Assembly (NCBI GenBank): GCA_951406725.2 | Contig: OX597819.1 | Location: 104,656,001-104,720,000, forward strand | Source of the DNA: Octopus vulgaris | Lineage: Eukaryota | DNA length: 64,000 nt | Direction of reading: 5' to 3' | In this document: one piece after another, positions 1 through 13,780 of the stretch | How the letters are laid out: the number at the start of each line of letters is the position of its first letter | How positions within the stretch are numbered: position 1 is the stretch's first letter | Made by a program: the position numbers and the translations under genes | Notes under the pieces: generated by a model | Database searches by the model: none | What the model saw: only the letters and a program-made list of their open reading frames with translations | Told to the model about the DNA's origin: nothing

Positions 1-1407
1 TTGGGGCTGCCTGCTGACAGGTGACGGTCGTTTAGAAAAAGCGCGGGCTAAAACTACGCGCCTTCACTAGTCAGTTATGGTGAGACAGTGTCACGTGACA
101 ACTTGCTGGGGCTGCGTGCTGGAGCCTAGGCGGTAGGTAATTAAAGGGAGAAATTTGACACTCGCTGGCGATACATCGAAGAAGCCAGGGAACAGAAGAA
201 AGAAGAAGAAAGAAGACATGCACCCAACACTAGAGCTGAAGACACCTCCGAAAGGGGAGCCCGCCACGTCAAAACGGTAGAGGAGTAGGGGCCGAAATCG
301 GACGTGGTTCCTCCTGATGATGTCTTGAGCTAACTAGATCCTATAAAAGAGCTGTTGTGGTATCAGACCACGAAACACGGTTGTAATTCTTCAGATACTG
401 ACTGCAGAGAAAGACTTGCTGACAATCCAGAAAGAGGGATGACAAAGCTCGACAGTACGACAGCGTAACAAAGGATCAAATGGGCTTGCAGCCCGATCCG
501 AGCTAAGATTGCAACGAAAAAACATGGGAAATCATACCCCCATGATCCCGGACCACGGGGGGGGGGGAGAATAAAGGATCAAATAGGGACGAAAAAAAAA
601 CGAAATCGACTTGGACCGGAAATGGACAATGAGAAAGGAAACAGTATAAGAAAATATTTTTATTATAACACAGATACATGCCCAAAATTATATTTTCCTA
701 GCTTGAAATGTGTGACCATTTCAACAATGTTCTTATTGGTAATTTTAATTGTTGTGACTGAAGAAAAACGCGATATTATTAAAATTCAGCGTAGCAATTT
801 ACATTTATGTGTGGTTATATTTCTGAAATATTAAGTATATTTATTTTGTTATATAAAAAGGATGGATCTTTTCCGTTGATGTTACAGTGGTTAATTGCTA
901 AAGTTCTGTTTCAATTGTTTCCAAATTTAGTGTACTGGTGTATTTTAGTATGTTAATTATTTCAATTAATTTCATTTTTACCATAAATTAATAAACAAAG
1001 AGCTGATAGCTTTCAATCGAAAACCGCACACACACACCAGTGCCTATTTCAATTGTAACAAGTGAAGCTTAAAACTTACCATCTCCAGTATTTTCCTTAC
1101 CTGTTTATTTCTATTGTCGAGTGCCTAATTTCTGAACTTTCGTATTTGAATTTTTGCTTGAAAGTATGCATTAAACGTTTACATGAAGTGAACCATTACT
1201 ACAGTACAACGTACAGATCGATTTTTTAAAATAATTTTTCGCAAAAATAATTCAGAGTTCTAAGCTGTACACAGACAGAAGACGAGTAACAAAGAGCTGA
1301 ACAAACATGTGAGAAGGAAAAGAGAGACAAAGGGGGAGAGAGAAGTGTTAATGTCCCGAGGTAGGGGGAGCGTAATATTAATTACGTGGTTAAAAAGTTA
1401 GTTCAAC

Positions 1408-1466
<59 letters not shown>

Positions 1467-1662
1467 GAGAGAGAGAGAGAGAGAGAGAAAGAGTTAAAAA
1501 TACTTTTCGCAGAGTGAGGTTAATGAAAGGAAAAGTGAGAGAGAAGAGAGAGAGAGAAAGAGAGGAAGGGAAAGGAGAGAGACACAGAAAAATAGAGGAA
1601 GAGGCAGAGAAAGAGAGGGGGAAAGTGAAAGAGAGAGATGGGTGCGAGAAAGAGAGACACAG

Positions 1663-1700
<38 letters not shown>

Positions 1701-2885
1701 GAGAGATAAGCGATATTATTGTTAGTTAGTGGAAGTGAGAGGTGAAGTGTAAATGAAAAATGATAACGACGTGAAGAGGGGAATGATATGCTTAAAAGTT
1801 TATTGAGGTTGGAGGTGGACAAAAGAAGAGGAGAGAGAAGTATAAAGTGCTTAGCAGAGAAAAATTTTAAACATCATATATTATTGTGTATAACAAGAAA
1901 ATAAGATTTTAATATTCAATTTTTTATATCTTCTATCTGTCGATCTATTTATTTATCTATCCACATTGAGAAATACATCGATAGAAGAAGGAATGATAAT
2001 AATAAACATGTCATTGAAAGATGGATTTTTAAATCTAAGTGCAATAATTTAGTAAACTAGCTGTAGATGTTATACTTATGAAAAAAAAATATTTTTGAAC
2101 TTTATAGCAAGAAAGTAGATATAAACAAACAGATGAACTGAAATGAAATCAAATTATTTTGGTTGGCAAACAACCTAGACTGAGCTTCGTTACTGATGGC
2201 GACGGCGATGGGGGTGATAGCGATGGTGGTGGAGGTGTTGGTGGTGAGTGGATTGTGAAAAGTGTATTTTTCAAATATTATAATTGAACTAAATTGTTTA
2301 TATCGCCTATCACTTAACGCATAACTGTAATTTGTTATCGGCTGACCGCTTTAAAATAAATATTTGCTAATACAATATGGATGACTGCAAGAGGAAGAGT
2401 GAGAGGGTGTAGGCAATGACGTACAGAGAAGCTCTAGAACATACACGGGAGAATATAAAATGAAAATGAGAGAAGACGTCAAAAAACTGTAAACATGTTG
2501 AAAGTTACAATACTGGTGACATGAATATTCTCTGTAATTATTGTGGAGCTCTTAGATTTATGACTGAATCTCTGAACTTTTTCAATTACAGCCTCATGCA
2601 GGATAACTGAAAGATGTTTTTAAATGAAAATAATGCAGAGCATACAATTTAAAAAGGAACACTAAACTTTATGGCTCTATATAAACTTACAATCTTTTAA
2701 ATAATTTCGTATTTACCGTGGATTTCTACGCGTACTGCTAGTCAATATGTTAATACACCAAAATTGAGTGCGTTATGCTGTCATGTGATTAGCTAAAGGG
2801 AAAACCGAAGAGCGAGAGAAAAAGGAGAGACAGAAAGGAGAGACACACAGACAGACAAACTGCCTTTTATATATATATATATATA

Positions 2886-2916
<31 letters not shown>

Positions 2917-2926
2917 CTGTATGTAA

Positions 2927-2962
<36 letters not shown>

Positions 2963-3104
2963 GTATATATATATATGTATATATATATATATAAAATATA
3001 TATGTGTGTATATATATATAAACATACATATATATATATATGTATGTATATATATAAACATACATATATATATATATGTGTGTGTGTGTGTGCGTGTGTG
3101 TGAA

Positions 3105-3365
3105 GGCGCTTGACTCGGTGGTTAGAGCGTCGAGCTTACGATCGTGAGGTTGTGACCTCGAATCCCTGATTGAGATGTGTGTTGTGTTCTTGAGCAAGAC
3201 ACTTTATTTCACGTTGCTCTAGTTCACTCGGTTGTTGAAATGAGTTGCGACGTCAAAGGTGCCAAGCTATATCAGCCTTTGCCTTTCCCTTGGATAACAC
3301 TGGTGTCATGGAGAGGGGATGCATGGGCGGATGCTGGTCTTCCATAAACAACCTGACCTTGACAG
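3105..3365 (+). mobile_element. tRNA-derived SINE, family 2
   Basis: A/B-box-like head (tcggtggttagagcg...tcgaatcc), core gtgttcttgagcaagacactttatttcac; second copy at 50340-50670. Confidence 0.75.
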
Positions 3366-3369
3366 AAAT

Positions 3370-4240
3370 AAGATGAATGGACACAAGATGAAAGAAATGT
3401 AAAGGAAAGAGTATTTGAGGATAACTCGGCTCGTGCTCCAATTGATGCTAAATGGCAGCTATAAGATTAGAGCAATTAACACATGGGCGGTTGCTTTGGT
3501 GAGATATGGGGCAGAAATAGTATCTTGTTAGACGCATGAATTACAAAAGATAGACCGGGAAACACGTAAATTAATGACAATGAACGAAGAACTACACTCC
3601 AAGAGTGATGTGTCAAGATTATATGTAAAAAGGAAAGGAGGACGGGGATTGGCGTGTTGTGAAGGTTGTGTAAGGGAAGAGGAGAATAGCCTGGCTTGGT
3701 ATGTTAAGCGGAGTAAAGAAGAAATGATCGAAGTACTGAAAATGCAGAGAACCTTAAAAGTGAACGAAGCCGTAGATCCATCACGATTTAAGAAAGTCCA
3801 GAGAGAATAGATGAAAATTTGGCAGGACATGAAAATGCACAGTCAGTTCTTGAAGAATAAAGATGAGTTTGATTGGAATAGAACCTGGCAATGGCAACAG
3901 AAAGGAAACTTAAAAGAGCCCACTGAGGCATTAGTGTGCAGCGCTCAAGAACAAGCTCTCAGAACAAACTACTCCAAATATTACATTGATAAAAGCACTG
4001 ACTTCTCACAGAATAGAATGTGCTCTGAGAAGGGAGAAAGTGTAATCCATATTGTTAGTAAGTGCTGTCAGCTCGCACAACGCGAATACAAAAGGAGATA
4101 CGACAATGTGGCCAGGTATGCCCACTGGTTGTTTCGCGGTAAAGCAAACCTCGAGAAAACCGAACAATGATATGAACACAAGCCAGGGGGAGTAATGGAA
4201 AACGAACATTAAAAATACTCTGGAATTCCAATCAAACTCA
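3370..4240 (+). mobile_element. Decayed RLE-type non-LTR retrotransposon (R4/Dong-like) fragment
   Basis: Peptides LHSKSDVSRLYVKRKGGRGL, TEALVCSAQEQALRTNY, zinc-knuckle-like MCSEKGESVIHIVSKC, REYKRRYDNVA; internal stops. Confidence 0.8.
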
Positions 4241-4301
4241 GAAATGGATTAAAGAAGGTCACTATGAGTTTGAAAAAGGCTCAGGCAAGTAGTGTGCATG
4301 A

Positions 4302-4364
<63 letters not shown>

Positions 4365-5617
4365 ACACACACACAAACGCACACACACACACACATACGA
4401 GGGGGTGACGAAAAATTCCTGGCTTTAAAGGTGTCGCGAAAGGCTTGGTTGAAGGCCCAACTTTCAAGTTCTTTTACAAGGCTTAGAAAAACTAAATGAC
4501 CACTGCAACTAGTGTGTGGATCTGAGAGGGGAATATGTTGAATACAATCATAATTAATTGATCAGGTTGTTTCTTGAGTGCTACTGTGAACATGTGACCC
4601 AGTACAGCCTGTCAGATATTCGTTCGTAGGTGATTAAACCGAAAACCAACCAAGCAGCTTGTCGGTTGAAAAACAAGACTGGTCAAAGGGCGAAGGAACA
4701 CATGAATGAAATCAAAAGTATGAATACACAAGCCATTAATGAAAATGTGGGCTGTACAAGGGATTTGCTTACTTGATTTTCATTAAAATCATCATGCAAA
4801 AGGAAAAGAAAGGGAGGAATTAAGTAAAATTATTAGGCCCTTACGTGTAGAATACAGTGAGAGAACCCAGCATATTGGATTGGTGCATAATTATTCAACA
4901 GCATATTGGATTGGTGCATAATTTTCAACAGGTTTCATTCAACAAGAACGATGGCGGCATGTACCAAAAACATCTTGAAATGATTATTCTGGAGCATATT
5001 CTCCATCTACTTCAATTACTGCTTCCCATTTGCTTGGCAGAGGGTCAGATCATTATTTAAAGATGTTTTTGTTAAATATTGTTGTTGTTTTTGTTGAATG
5101 GAATTTGTTGGAAAAACAAAAGCCACAATGATTATACACCAACCCAATATATATGTATATAATTATATTGTTGCATTTCGGGATAGTCATTTTTTCTTTT
5201 GCCAAATAAACACATACACTATATATTTGTTCTTCAGTCGTTTACTAATATTCTTATTCTAACTGATGTCAATTGTCCGGAAATGTTTCGTCACACATCT
5301 GTGACCTTATCAGCGATACTTTCCGTCTTCGTGCTTGCTCTTGCTCCACTTACTTCATTCTCATTATATGAATATAATACATAATACATATATATATATA
5401 TATATATAGTAAAAGAAAAGAGGGATTTCGGTTGTCCCCACGTGGTGGGTTGTAATGTATATAAGAAATTAAAAAAGGAAAATACGCACACTTACATGCT
5501 TTGAATGTAATTTTTAATATATCAACCGGTTTCGCTATCGCTATTCATGATATAATGTTTAATTTATTTGGATATATATATTTGGATATATTTGGATATA
5601 TATATATATATATATAT

Positions 5618-5652
<35 letters not shown>

Positions 5653-5656
5653 CTAC

Positions 5657-6065
5657 ACTTTTACTCTTTTACTTGTTTCAGTCATTTGACTGCGGCCATG
5701 CTGGAGCACCGCCTTTAATCGAGCAACTCAACCCCGAGACTTATTCTTTGTAAGCCCAGTACTTATTCTATCAGTCTCTTTTGCCGAACCGCTAAGTGAC
5801 GGGGACATAAACACACCAGCATTGGTTGTCAAGCAATGCTAGGGGGACAAACACAGACACACAAACATATATATATATAAATATATATACATATATACGA
5901 CGGGCTTCTTTCAGTTTCCGTCTACCAAATCTACTCACAAGGCTTTGGTCGGTCCGAGGCTATAGTAGAAGACACTTGCCCAAGGTACCACGCAGTGGGA
6001 CTGAACCCGGAACCCGGAACCATGTGGTTGGTAAACAAGCTACTTACCACACAGCCACTCCTGCG

Positions 6066-6067
<2 letters not shown>
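5657..6067 (-). mobile_element. Octopus-type tRNA-derived SINE, family 1
   Basis: Head ggcgcaggagtggctgtgtggtaagtagc...ccttgggcaagtgtcttctactatagcc, internal microsatellite, tail gctccagcatggccgcagtcaaatgactgaaacaagtaaaagag; multiple copies in window. Confidence 0.85.
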
Positions 6068-6110
<43 letters not shown>

Positions 6111-6133
6111 GTCTTTACTATATATAAATTCCT

Positions 6134-9100
6134 AGTTTCAGTCCCGGGACTGCAGCCATGCTGGAGACTGCCGTTTGCTTTGCTCCACTTTCACTAAACC
6201 TCCTCTAATATGTGATATTTGGTAGACGAGTGATTTTGACTTTGCTGCTCTCATCTGAGTTTCTTGCCTTGACTTCGGAACTTTTGACATAAAGAAATCC
6301 AGTTTTGTTTTGAAAACGCCTGCCTCCACACCAAGCAGGTCTCTCAAGTTTCGTAACAGGATATCGTAGAGTGGTGGGTCCTTAATGCTTTTGCTGTATC
6401 TGTTCCTGTATCCTGATGACAATTTTGTTTTGGTATTTGGTACAAGAGCGTCCTGTCCTATTCTTTGTGTAACTGACAATGCCAAAGTGTGGTGCAAGTT
6501 TTTCTAGGATTTTCCATATATATATATATATTACAGAATATCTTTTCCACCTTCGTTCTAGGGAGTACTTTTAACTATTTTACTCTGTCCGAGTAGCTGA
6601 CACATCGCATTGTCGCTTCCCTTCGTGTAGTTTTGCTGGCTCGCCTTGATCTCTGTCGTAAGATTCACACTGTGGTGACCACAGTTGGGAGCAGTAATCC
6701 AGATGGTTGAGGGTGAAAGTCTTTCAGAGGATCATCATGGTTTCCTTTCCTCTTGTTTTGAAAGTTCGAAGTATTCATCAGACCAGGCATCTGCCTTTTA
6801 CTACCAGCATCGTAATATGCACCTCAAAAGATGCATCATTACTCGTGTCGATTTCCAGGCCACGCACTTATTTTGATTCAGGGATTGTAATCCTTCCTGG
6901 CCAGTGTCCCCTATCTTCTTTTTATTGAGCTTCATGTGTTGGTAGCGCAGTGCTTGGAATTTTCCAATATTAAACTACATGTTATTTTCCTCAACCTACC
7001 TGTTTATTCACGTAGCAGGTGCGCAACGTCTCTAAGGTTCTGTATCCTTTGTATCATCTGCATAGCTGGCAAGAGTAGTTATTTGTGACACTGAGGGCAT
7101 GTCAGAAAGGGCCCTTAAGAGTACCTCCGGCCTCAAGATAGTACTCTATGGAATACCATCATGATTTGTATTTCCTTGGAGGTGGTGCTAACTGACCACA
7201 ACTACCTGACTTCTATCTTTTAGAAAGTCATGTAGCCATTCTCTAAGATTTCTCGTTATGTTAAGATTACATAGCATGTGACAAATTATACATGGTCGAC
7301 TTTTGTCACAGGCTTTTACAAATTCCAAGCATATCATATCCGTATCTGAGTTGTTGAGCAGCAGTTTTAGCACCCAGTCATACTGTTGCAACAGCTGTGT
7401 CAGGCAGCACCTACCTGGTCGGAAATCGTGCGGTGCGGCAGAGCAAGTCGTTCTCTTAAAGAAATGCAATTAATTTCCTTCGGACTATTCGTTCCATGAC
7501 TGTGCTGATGTGTGATGTCAGATAGATAGGCCTATAGGTTTTAGCATCTGTCAAGTTCCTTTATGGACAGGGTATATTATTCCCTTCTTTAGTTTGTTCG
7601 GGAGCTTAGCCATTTGTGAGGAAGCTGTGAAAAAGAAGCTGCAGTGGTTTTGCAGGGACTCATTTCCGTGACTTAAGAAGGATTACTGGGAATCCATCTG
7701 GGTCAGCAGCTGAGTTTGCATCTATGTCATCTATTGCCACTATTACATCCTCTTCTTCAAAAAGAATTCTACAGGTTTGTTATCTTCCATGTTCTTCTAT
7801 GTTTCACTTATCCTCATTCGGTTTCCCGTGAGGGAGCCATCTTTTTGGAGGAGTGGCTCTATGCTGCAATGCACAGAAGCAATCTACTCGGCGTAACTAA
7901 TGAGGGCTTTAGGGCTCTGATTTTATATTTCTTGCGACCCAACTTCTCTGTCTGTTCTTTCCTTCTCCCAGGGGCACTTGAGTCGTTTCTCATTCTCCAG
8001 CAATGCTCCTTCCAGGCGGGATTTTTCACTGCCGTTAAGTTCTCTATTGAGGCAGTTTGCAGTCTTTGTACGCTGTCTCATAATATCTTTTCTCTCCCCG
8101 AAAATCTTGTTTTATGTGCAGTGGCATTTCTGCCTGGGACAAACATGTATCCTATGTCTTGCATTATTAAAATGAACATTTTCAGTTTTATGCATATGTC
8201 AGGTGTAGAAAGACATTGGGACTGATCCCGTTTGGTGATCCCTTTCTCAATTGATTTTCAGACTGCTTTGTGTTAGTTCAGATTGGACAGATTTTGGGCG
8301 ATTATCATAGGCTGTATGTCTGTGGTTCCTTTGGTTCTTACTTGGTCAGCTCTATTATGCTGTGATCCGATACTAGCATCACTGTCACTTTCACATTATG
8401 GATGAGATCCACATAGTTTGTGAGGCAGAGATCAAATATATTGTTTGCCCTGGCTGGCTGGAGAATTATTTGCTCCATGTATAATTTGTTGGTGATGTTG
8501 AGCAGGGATCCAACCTGACTTTACTCACTGCGCATCATTCTCGAGAGGAAAATGTCATCAGACCATTCCACATTGGGCAGGTTGAAGTCTCCCACGAGAA
8601 GTACATTAATGTGCTCTTCTATTTTGGTTAAGACCTTTTCTATTCTTGTAAGACAGTCTTCAAATAGGCCCGTCTGCTTTAGGGCATCAAGTGGGAGATA
8701 TGTAGTAAATATGACTATGTCGAGCTGTCTTATAAGTACAATTAGTGTGTTACACACTGCGGTTGACTGTGATGAAAAGATCTGAGCTGTGAGATTTTCC
8801 ACCATAGGCTCCTGTCTTTTCTATCTCTTTGCAATAAAACATACTTTGGTATGTGTATTTCTGTATCTACGATGTCGGGTTTTAGGTGCAATTCAGTGAG
8901 TGCTATGAATAAAGCTTGACTGCATACCACTAGGCCTCCCAGGAAGGTAGTTTTAGTTCAGTTACTGATTTGTAACAGTCCTCTTGCGTCTATGAAGTAT
9001 ACTGGTGTGAGCTCTATGCTGATGCCAGTGGTGACCACTCTGGATCTATCGGTTGTGGCGGTCTTGTGTGTTAGTGAGAATGGCTCAGACTCCGGAACTG
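6134..9100 (-). mobile_element. Degenerate CR1-like LINE (APE endonuclease + RT)
   Basis: APE motifs IALTE and LVGDFNLP, RT segment HDFRPGRCCLTQLLQQYD, C-terminal FKTKLDFFMSKVP; collinear with the copy at 62170-64000. Confidence 0.85.
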
Positions 9101-10740
9101 ATGAAGCCAAGCTGGTTGTTGCACAATCTCTTGAGTCATGCAGTCTTTGGAGTCTTCCTTTGTCTTTGAAGGAAGGTTTTCCCTTTTTTCTGTTTTATAG
9201 CTTTGGGTGCAGGAACGCAGTTTTCACAATCAAGCCCAAGCCAGCAATCACTACATATGTCTTTGCGTATTGACTACTTGCCTTTTTCGTTTTACATGGT
9301 GGTTCTCTTTTGTTTTTTCTTCATTTTTACTTCTATTGTAATCCTTCTTTTCTTTTATTAATATTTTAGCCCTTTATTAGCTCCTTCGTTCTTTTAGATG
9401 TTGACATTGGTGATGGTAGGGCTAATAGTGCTGCACTAACCCAATTTCAAGACACCGTCAGCCTGCCTTTTCTCCCTTATATATTTAGAGAAAGATTGAG
9501 ATAAGGAGAGGTAAGGAGAGAGAAAGAAACAGAGGTATAAGTTGTAGAGGTCTACGCATGCATAGGTGAGGGAGGTATTAATGATCTATGTGTCTGAGTA
9601 TAAATCTATAATCTGTCTGTAGACATATTCCCAAATAAACACATGTGCAACAAATAGATATACAGTGAAAGAAAGATTGTGTGTATGTGTAACGGTGTGT
9701 GAGTGTGTGTATGTGTGTGTATGTGCGCGTGCCTGCTACAGAGAGAAAGAAAGAGAGAGACAGAGAGAGAGACAGAGAGAGCGACATGCACGTGGGAGAG
9801 ACAGAAAGACGCGAGAGGAATTGAAAAAAAATCAATCAATCACAGGTGAAATCGAAGGGTATGATAGTACAGAGTCTTATATGGTTTGAGATTGTAAATG
9901 TAAAAACGGAATTTACTTCTTTTTGTAAAATTTCAGTTGACTGAAAAATTACTTTAAAACGCAGTATCTAAAATGGTCTGTATATAATGACACATGCAGT
10001 GAATTAATTAGTTGATAATTAAATAAGTAAATACATAAATTAAGTACTCAGTTACTGCTTTCCTGGAAATCTACACATATATAAATCAGGAACCTTTCTG
10101 TTTATAGATAAAGAAAATAATGCCGCGTTAGGCGTAGGTTAGTTTACCATTATAAAGAAATCCGCATCATGTAAATAAAACCGTCCTAGCCTCAAACTTG
10201 TCTTTCGTAATGACAAAACGTAATGAAACAAATTTGTATACATTTTTTTCTTCGATTTATTACGATTGCATACGCTTTTCTTCTTCGATAATAGATTCGA
10301 AGTTTTTACCGTGTAAGTAGGGAAATTTCAATCTTTGTTTTGATTAGTCAGAGAAGTTTTGACCACATGTAGTAATATACGAATTTTTATGTAAACAATA
10401 CAGATTTCATAATTTTCACACCTTCCGACAAAAATTCTATCAGTGTAGCGTTTTAGGTTTTTATGGTGTGTAGCACTACCTCAGGATGTTACTGCAAATT
10501 ATTTACGATATTTTACGCAATTTTCTTGAAAGATTCGAGGTCAAAGTGAATACACGTGCTGTCAGCAAGAGTGCTATCTTACAGGCACACTACCTGGAAC
10601 TTACCCGGAAACAAGGTTTGGATACTGCATTTAACACCTACTTTCTTAACCTTAATTCTTTAATTCTAAACATATCAACAATAATAATAATAAGGATTAT
10701 TACGAAGTTGCATGACATTACATTTAATTCTTTTTATATA

Positions 10741-11133
10741 GCGCAGGAGAGGCTGTGTGGTAAGTAGCTTGCTTACCACCCACATGGTTTCGGGTTCTGT
10801 CCCATTGCGTGACATCTTGCCTAAGTGTATTTTACTATAGCCTCAGGCGGACCAAAGCTTTGTTAGTAGATTTGATGGACGGAAACTGAAAGACCCAGTC
10901 TCATGTGTGTGTGTATGTTGGTGTGCTGGTGTCCCGTGTCCCTCACCTCGCTTGAAAACCGATGTTTGTGTGTTTACGTCCCCGTAAAATTAGCAGCTCG
11001 GCAAAAGAGATCGATAGAATAATAAGTACTAGGCTTACAAAGAATAAGTCCTGGAGTCGATTTTCCGACTTAAAGGTGGTGTTTAGCATGGCCGCAGTCC
11101 AATGACTGAAACAGATATAAGAATAAAAGAATA
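10741..11133 (+). mobile_element. SINE family 1 copy
   Basis: Same head, body and tail as 5657-6067. Confidence 0.8.
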
Positions 11134-11559
11134 CAGCTTTACATAGACCTACATATGTTTCAACAGCACCGATTAGTAACCGTGTCAATTGCAATTCTAC
11201 TATAATACCAGTGCAATTTCCTGGGGTTCTTTACTTAATGTCCTTGGATTTAACTGTTTAAATTTTTCTTTTATCTGCTCTGCGTTGTAAGATGTAGAGT
11301 TGTTCCTTAAGTCCGACGCGAACAATCTTCAATTCAAGTTTTGATTGGATAATCACTTATAGTCCATTATTTCAAAACATTCTGTTGTTTAAATGTTTAT
11401 TATTAATTTATAATGGGCAAATGTGAATTACCTCATGTGTAAGCATCTCAAAGTTTGCTTCCGTCTAGAATTTATTACATCACCCTTAGATGTAAAGACC
11501 TGGTAAAATTCCTCTCTAAACGAATTCACATTATTTTAGTTCCTAACTGAGGAGAAACC

Positions 11560-12340
11560 GGTAAACGTTTGAAGTGCAGGAAAGCTTGCAAAATTATGCC
11601 CTTAAACGCCTTCGCCGTTTGTTTTCTTCACATTTTACACATCTGCAGCTTCCGTAGCACCAGCTTTCGTCGTCAGTGATGACCTTCAAAAAGAGGTACG
11701 GATCAATTTCCAAATGTTCTTTTATTTCACGACACACAGACAGTCATGACTAGTTTTGATCTTCCGTGAGTGAGCGAGGTACAAGTTATGCTTCAATTCT
11801 TTTCATTTGTAATTCCTCGCTCAAACCTAGTTTGCAGGAGCTCCAGGACATACCAATTATATCAACAAGTTCGTCAATTCTTCGCTGATGGTCCTCCAAG
11901 ATCAGTCCATGAATTTTTGTGATGTTTTCATTCATCTGGGATGTCGACGGACGCCCTGACCGAGGTTGAATTTCAAGCGATAAGTGACCAATTCTAAAGC
12001 GTGCAAACCACTTGTAAGCTTGTGTTTTGCTCATGGCAGCGTCCTTGTAAGCTTTTAGAAGCATGACAACTGTTTCGGTCACTGTTTTCCCTAGGAGAAA
12101 ACAGAGTTTCACGGAAGCATGCTGTTTCTTCTTTTCAGCTATTTCAAAAAATCAAGGTACAGGGGAGAAACACCGCAAAGGAATGCTGCCCCACGTTGCA
12201 GTAGGACTACGCTCGATAACACCTGTCAGCATACTGATGACTGGGCATCGCAAGAAATCGCTTTCAACGGCGGAAGTCTGAACTAGAAGAGGCTTGTTCC
12301 ACAGAAAACATTTTCTGTTACTTTTGGGTATCACCTCGTA
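11560..12340 (-). mobile_element. Tc1/mariner transposon fragment
   Basis: N-terminal HTH KLCFLLGKTVTETVVML..AMSKTQAYKWFARF..QPRSGRPSTS; TIR-like end tacgaggtgatacccaaaag at a TA. Confidence 0.85.
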
Positions 12341-12408
12341 TACACATTATATTTATACGTATACGTCTTACATATATATACATATATGTACTAAATATAT
12401 AGACGTAT

Positions 12409-12602
12409 ACTCTTTTACTTGTTTCAGTCATTTGATTGTGGCCATGCTGGGGCACCACCTTTACTCCAACAAATCGACCCCAGGACTTAATCTTTGTAAG
12501 CCTAGTACTTGTTCTATCGGTCTCTTTTGCCGAACCGCTAAGTTACTTAGACGTAAACATACTAATATCGGTTGTCAAGCGATGTTGGGGGGACAAACAC
12601 AG

Positions 12603-12660
<58 letters not shown>

Positions 12661-12665
12661 GACAT

Positions 12666-12696
<31 letters not shown>

Positions 12697-12847
12697 CGAC
12701 GGGCTTCTTTCAGTTTCCGTCTACCAAATCTACTCACAAGGCTTTGGTCGACCCGACACTTGCCCAAGGTGCCCGCAGTGGGACTGAATGAACAAGGTAC
12801 CATGTGGTTGGTAAGCAAGCTAATTACCAGACAGCAACTCCTACGCC
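12409..12847 (-). mobile_element. SINE family 1 copy
   Basis: Homologous to 5657-6067. Confidence 0.8.
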
Positions 12848-12899
12848 TATGTATAGATATTAAAGGTTCTAATACATATAGAAGTGTTATGAATAGAAG

Positions 12900-13780
12900 T
12901 GTTGTCGGTGAAAAGCAAATGTACATTGGCTGTTCTCACTGGCGCTATTGAAGAAGATTTTGGGCTATATACCTCCTTAACATAAGAGTACAACCTCTTG
13001 GCACCATTTCTATCAGCCGCTTCTTGCGACCCCTTTGCCTCGTTATTCCACCATTCCTGTTTAATTTTCCTTAGAACCGTTTGTCCTTTCCCTTTCAGCT
13101 TTCCATAAGCTTCATTTGTGTTGCGCTTCAAGTAAAAAGAAGTGTGTTGCATAAATTTTGTTTTCTAAAAACAGATCATGAATTTCTAGGGATTTTTCTG
13201 AAAACCAGTAACTGGACTTATACAAGTACCACTGAAGAACTTGCAGCCTGAAATACTTTTGTCTTGAAATCTTCCCATTAATTGTTTGGATCAAGAGTGA
13301 TAGAATTCTATAGCAACGAGGAATGTTTGCACATTGCTTATTAATTTGAAACAGACTTTATAAAAATCTTCATTTCCGACGTTTATCAAAATCTTCATTT
13401 TCCACGCCCAAGACGATGCTCAGTGCAGCTTTCTGCTCCGACACCATGGACCGAAGACTAAAAACACCTTTCATATGCTCTCGGATCAAAATATAATCTA
13501 TGAGATGCTAGTCGTTGTACATTGGGTGCATTCAGATGTTTTACATTTATTCTTCTGCTTAACAAAGTGTTGGTAACAATATCCTCTGTATAAAACGACC
13601 TGATACATACATACATACATACATACATACATACATACATACATACATACATACATACATACATACATACATACATACATACATACATAAGTGAGGAAGG
13701 AAAAAGAAATGATGTTTGGAGACAGCAAAAACAGGACACTCGCTTGCAAACTGATCACCCTCAAGCACAAAGTAAGAGTT
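12900..13780 (-). mobile_element. Degenerate RTE (BovB-like) LINE fragment interrupted by (TACA)n
   Basis: Peptide WWNNEAKGSQEAADRNGAKRLYSYVKEVYSPKSSSIAPVR resembles the RTE endonuclease-RT linker. Confidence 0.6.

Noticed and set aside
308-392. CTGATGA...GAAAC hammerhead-like core
   Set aside because: No stem I pairing found around the putative cleavage site; the GC-richer 1-620 region is probably an unclassified retroelement remnant
2793-3197. Many ORFs reading YIYIYI, MYVC, ERER or poly-L/V/S (also at 13.5, 29.3, 38.3, 43.5, 59 and 60.7 kb)
   Set aside because: They are translations of (TA)n, (TATG)n, (GA)n and (TAG)n microsatellites, not genes
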